DNA from: Elusimicrobiota bacterium
Lineage (GTDB): Bacteria > Elusimicrobiota > Endomicrobiia > CG1-02-37-114 > XYA2-FULL-39-19
Assembly (NCBI GenBank): GCA_018816525.1
Contig: JAHIVV010000054.1
Coordinates: 9,047 to 73,046, forward strand
DNA: 64,000 nt
Direction of reading: 5' to 3'
Shown piece by piece: positions 62,350 to 64,000 of this stretch (within the stretch, counting starts at the first letter, position 1; each line of letters opens with the position of its first letter). The notes below the pieces were generated by a model that saw nothing but the letters and a program-made list of their open reading frames with translations, did not search any database and was not told the origin of the DNA. The position numbers and the translations under genes were made by a program.

Positions 62350-62583
62350 TTAATCTTTTTTGGGAAGAATTTTACTTTTTGCCAGATTTACCAGATCTTC
62401 AACTTTATCCTTACCTTCTTCAACCCAACACTGGCCCTTTTCTCCCAGGTCTTCAGCTAATACTTTAAGCCTCTGCCTGGTTTCTTTGCCAGATTTTGGT
62501 GCGAAAAGAATGCCTAAACATGCGCCTGCAAGACCACCTAATAAAAAAACAAGAATCGTTTCTCCAGAACTTTTTTCAGACAT
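62350..62583 (-). CDS. YtxH-domain (DUF948-related) small stress protein
   Basis: GGLAGACLGILFAPKSGKETRQRL matches the YtxH signature. 77 aa. Confidence 0.6.
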   Translation of the reverse strand: MSEKSSGETILVFLLGGLAGACLGILFAPKSGKETRQRLKVLAEDLGEKGQCWVEEGKDKVEDLVNLAKSKILPKKD

Positions 62584-62584
62584 T

Positions 62585-62824
62585 TTAGCAACCTCCTTTA
62601 TTCTTTCTTGAAAGCATACTTGCTATAACCCCGATTACTGTGCCGAAAATACCCGTGCTGCTTGTTGTAAAGTTATTTAAAGCTCTTACAAATTTCTCTA
62701 ACTGGAACAAAACATTGCTTATTCTTAATAGAACCAGGCCGATAATTAAAGCTATGAAAAGGTTAGTCAAGGCTATAATGACAACACAAATCACCAAAAT
62801 TGTACCCATTGCTCCACTAATCAT
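62585..62824 (-). CDS. Small membrane protein (DUF948-like)
   Basis: 79 aa with an N-terminal TM helix followed by an amphipathic region. Adjacent and coupled to ytxH, as ytxG-ytxH are in Firmicutes. Confidence 0.35.
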   Translation of the reverse strand: MISGAMGTILVICVVIIALTNLFIALIIGLVLLRISNVLFQLEKFVRALNNFTTSSTGIFGTVIGVIASMLSRKNKGGC

Positions 62825-63204
62825 AATACCTCCCTTGTTTTTAATATTTTTTCAATCTTTTCTTTCATCGACGATATACTGAACGGTTTTCCAATAAAAT
62901 CTTCAGCACCAAAAGTCTTTAAATCATCAACTGTTTTTTTGTCAGCATAAGCCGTAAGCATGATTACAGGAATATTATTAAGCCCGGGCGCGCGTTTTAA
63001 CTCATGGCATAGTGAAATTCCATCCATGCCCGGCAGGCTGACATCTAAAAGAACCAGGTCAGGCTTATTTTTTGCTATTGCTTCAAAAAATAACTGGCCG
63101 TCCGGAATAACTTCTACCTCATACCCGGATTTTTCAAGTTCACCCCTTAACATCTCCTGAATGCCAATATCATCATCAACTAATGCGATACGTTTTTTTG
63201 TCAT
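62821..63204 (-). CDS. Single-domain response regulator (CheY-like receiver)
   Basis: LVDDD acidic pocket, phospho-acceptor D in LVLLDVSLPGMDG, T in IMLTA, K in IGKPF. 127 aa, no output domain. Confidence 0.8.
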   Translation of the reverse strand: MTKKRIALVDDDIGIQEMLRGELEKSGYEVEVIPDGQLFFEAIAKNKPDLVLLDVSLPGMDGISLCHELKRAPGLNNIPVIMLTAYADKKTVDDLKTFGAEDFIGKPFSISSMKEKIEKILKTREVL

Positions 63205-63299
63205 CTGTAATTATGCAATATAGTAAATTCCAAATAAAAGGTCAAGCCAAATTGATGACCAAATTGACAAAACCGGTTCTATATGATAAATTATTTTAT

Positions 63300-64000
63300 A
63301 TGAAGTTAAGGATTTTATATAAGCACATTTTGTGTTTTTTTTCATATCTGCTTGTCTTTATTGTGTCTTCTCAAAACCTGCACGCACTGGCCGAAGGAAA
63401 AGCCCAAATCTCTATAGCCTCACCGGATCCGGCAAATGCCGGTGAACAAATCACGTTCAGGACTGCATTATTAAATCAGGGGAACGAAATCTGGGAAAAG
63501 AACAAGTACTATGTTCAGGCAGAAATATTCAACGAGAACAAAAAATATGTGGGCAGAATAAGATCCGTTAAAGACAATAGCGATATAAGACCAGGGGAGA
63601 CTGCAACTACAGAAATAATATTTTCAGTCCCTACAAATTACAACGGAACTTATTTCTACAAAATATATTTAATCATGGACAATAAATATATTATTGAATC
63701 TGATTTCATCAGGTTCGATGTTTCGGCTATATCTCCTAAAGAACATAAGGCCTTCTGGAAAAGTTTCGGAGGGAGCCTAAATGTGTCTTTGAGGGACACG
63801 GATAAAAATAACTGGAAAGATTTTGTCGGAAGCATAAATTTAAATAGTATTTCTTACGATTCAGAAAACCCGACACAATTTTTCTTTAATACTTACCATA
63901 CTGCACAATCTACAGACACAACAGGCATAAGAAACGAATTATTCAGCTTCCTTTTCAGCAGATATGGAAATAATTACAGCTTTGAATTGGGTGATATCTT
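63300..64000 (+). CDS. Hypothetical secreted protein (3' end beyond the window)
   Basis: ATG at 63300, open to the window end. N-terminal hydrophobic signal-like region (ILCFFSYLLVFIVSSQNLHALA), then a low-complexity N/K/S-rich region. Divergent from the response-regulator gene. Confidence 0.45.
   Translation, partial: MKLRILYKHILCFFSYLLVFIVSSQNLHALAEGKAQISIASPDPANAGEQITFRTALLNQGNEIWEKNKYYVQAEIFNENKKYVGRIRSVKDNSDIRPGETATTEIIFSVPTNYNGTYFYKIYLIMDNKYIIESDFIRFDVSAISPKEHKAFWKSFGGSLNVSLRDTDKNNWKDFVGSINLNSISYDSENPTQFFFNTYHTAQSTDTTGIRNELFSFLFSRYGNNYSFELGDI

Noticed and set aside
61994-62353. 119-aa plus-strand ORF
   Set aside because: It is entirely made of the reverse complements of tRNA-Thr and tRNA-Phe plus flanks. 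The RNA genes explain the sequence.

Overview
This is an AT-rich (roughly 33% GC) bacterial chromosomal window in three parts.

1. Positions 1-32849 form one co-directional (+) surface-polysaccharide / O-antigen-type superoperon of about 33 kb. It carries a CDP-3,6-dideoxyhexose module, including an unmistakable DdhC/E1 3-dehydrase with its [2Fe-2S] Cys motif and Lys-to-His substitution. It also has about eleven glycosyltransferases (GT2, GT4, CgeB-like), a Wzx flippase, two or three Wzy/O-antigen-ligase-like membrane proteins, a UDP-GlcNAc 4,6-dehydratase / reductase / 2-epimerase triad, a priming polyprenyl-phosphate sugar transferase, and mannose-1-P guanylyltransferase, PMI-cupin and phosphomannomutase. 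Unusually, it contains two radical-SAM enzymes, one B12-binding and one SPASM-type, plus three SAM-dependent methyltransferases. Embedded in it is a clearly GC-richer four-gene cassette with strong Shine-Dalgarno sites (11819-15412: 4,6-dehydratase, cupin ketoisomerase, sugar C-methyltransferase, Gfo/Idh/MocA reductase). It looks horizontally acquired and predicts a C-methyl branched deoxysugar.

2. Positions 32850-45441 hold metK and ahcY (the SAM cycle), then a 1735-aa secreted beta-helix / Ig-like adhesin with a T9SS-type C-terminal sorting domain, translationally coupled to a FadL/PorV-like outer-membrane barrel. After these come rmuC, two tRNAs, a hydrolase, argF and def.

3. Positions 45455-63204 are on the minus strand: secDF-yajC, the queuosine genes tgt-queA-(spoIID)-queH, an HDAC-like deacetylase, ruvBAC-yebC, two tandem ~810-aa Wzy_C + TPR membrane proteins, tRNA-Thr, tRNA-Phe, ytxH and a CheY-like regulator.

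The most novel-looking signal is a family of three approximately 35-nt nested hairpins with compensatory inner-stem changes and a conserved UUCCAAGC loop. Each sits directly upstream of the ribosome-binding sites of the PMI-cupin gene, metK and ahcY, and is a candidate new cis-regulatory RNA linked to SAM-cycle genes.

I found no CRISPR array, transposase or integrase. All protein-family calls rest on motif recognition by eye; no database searches were possible.
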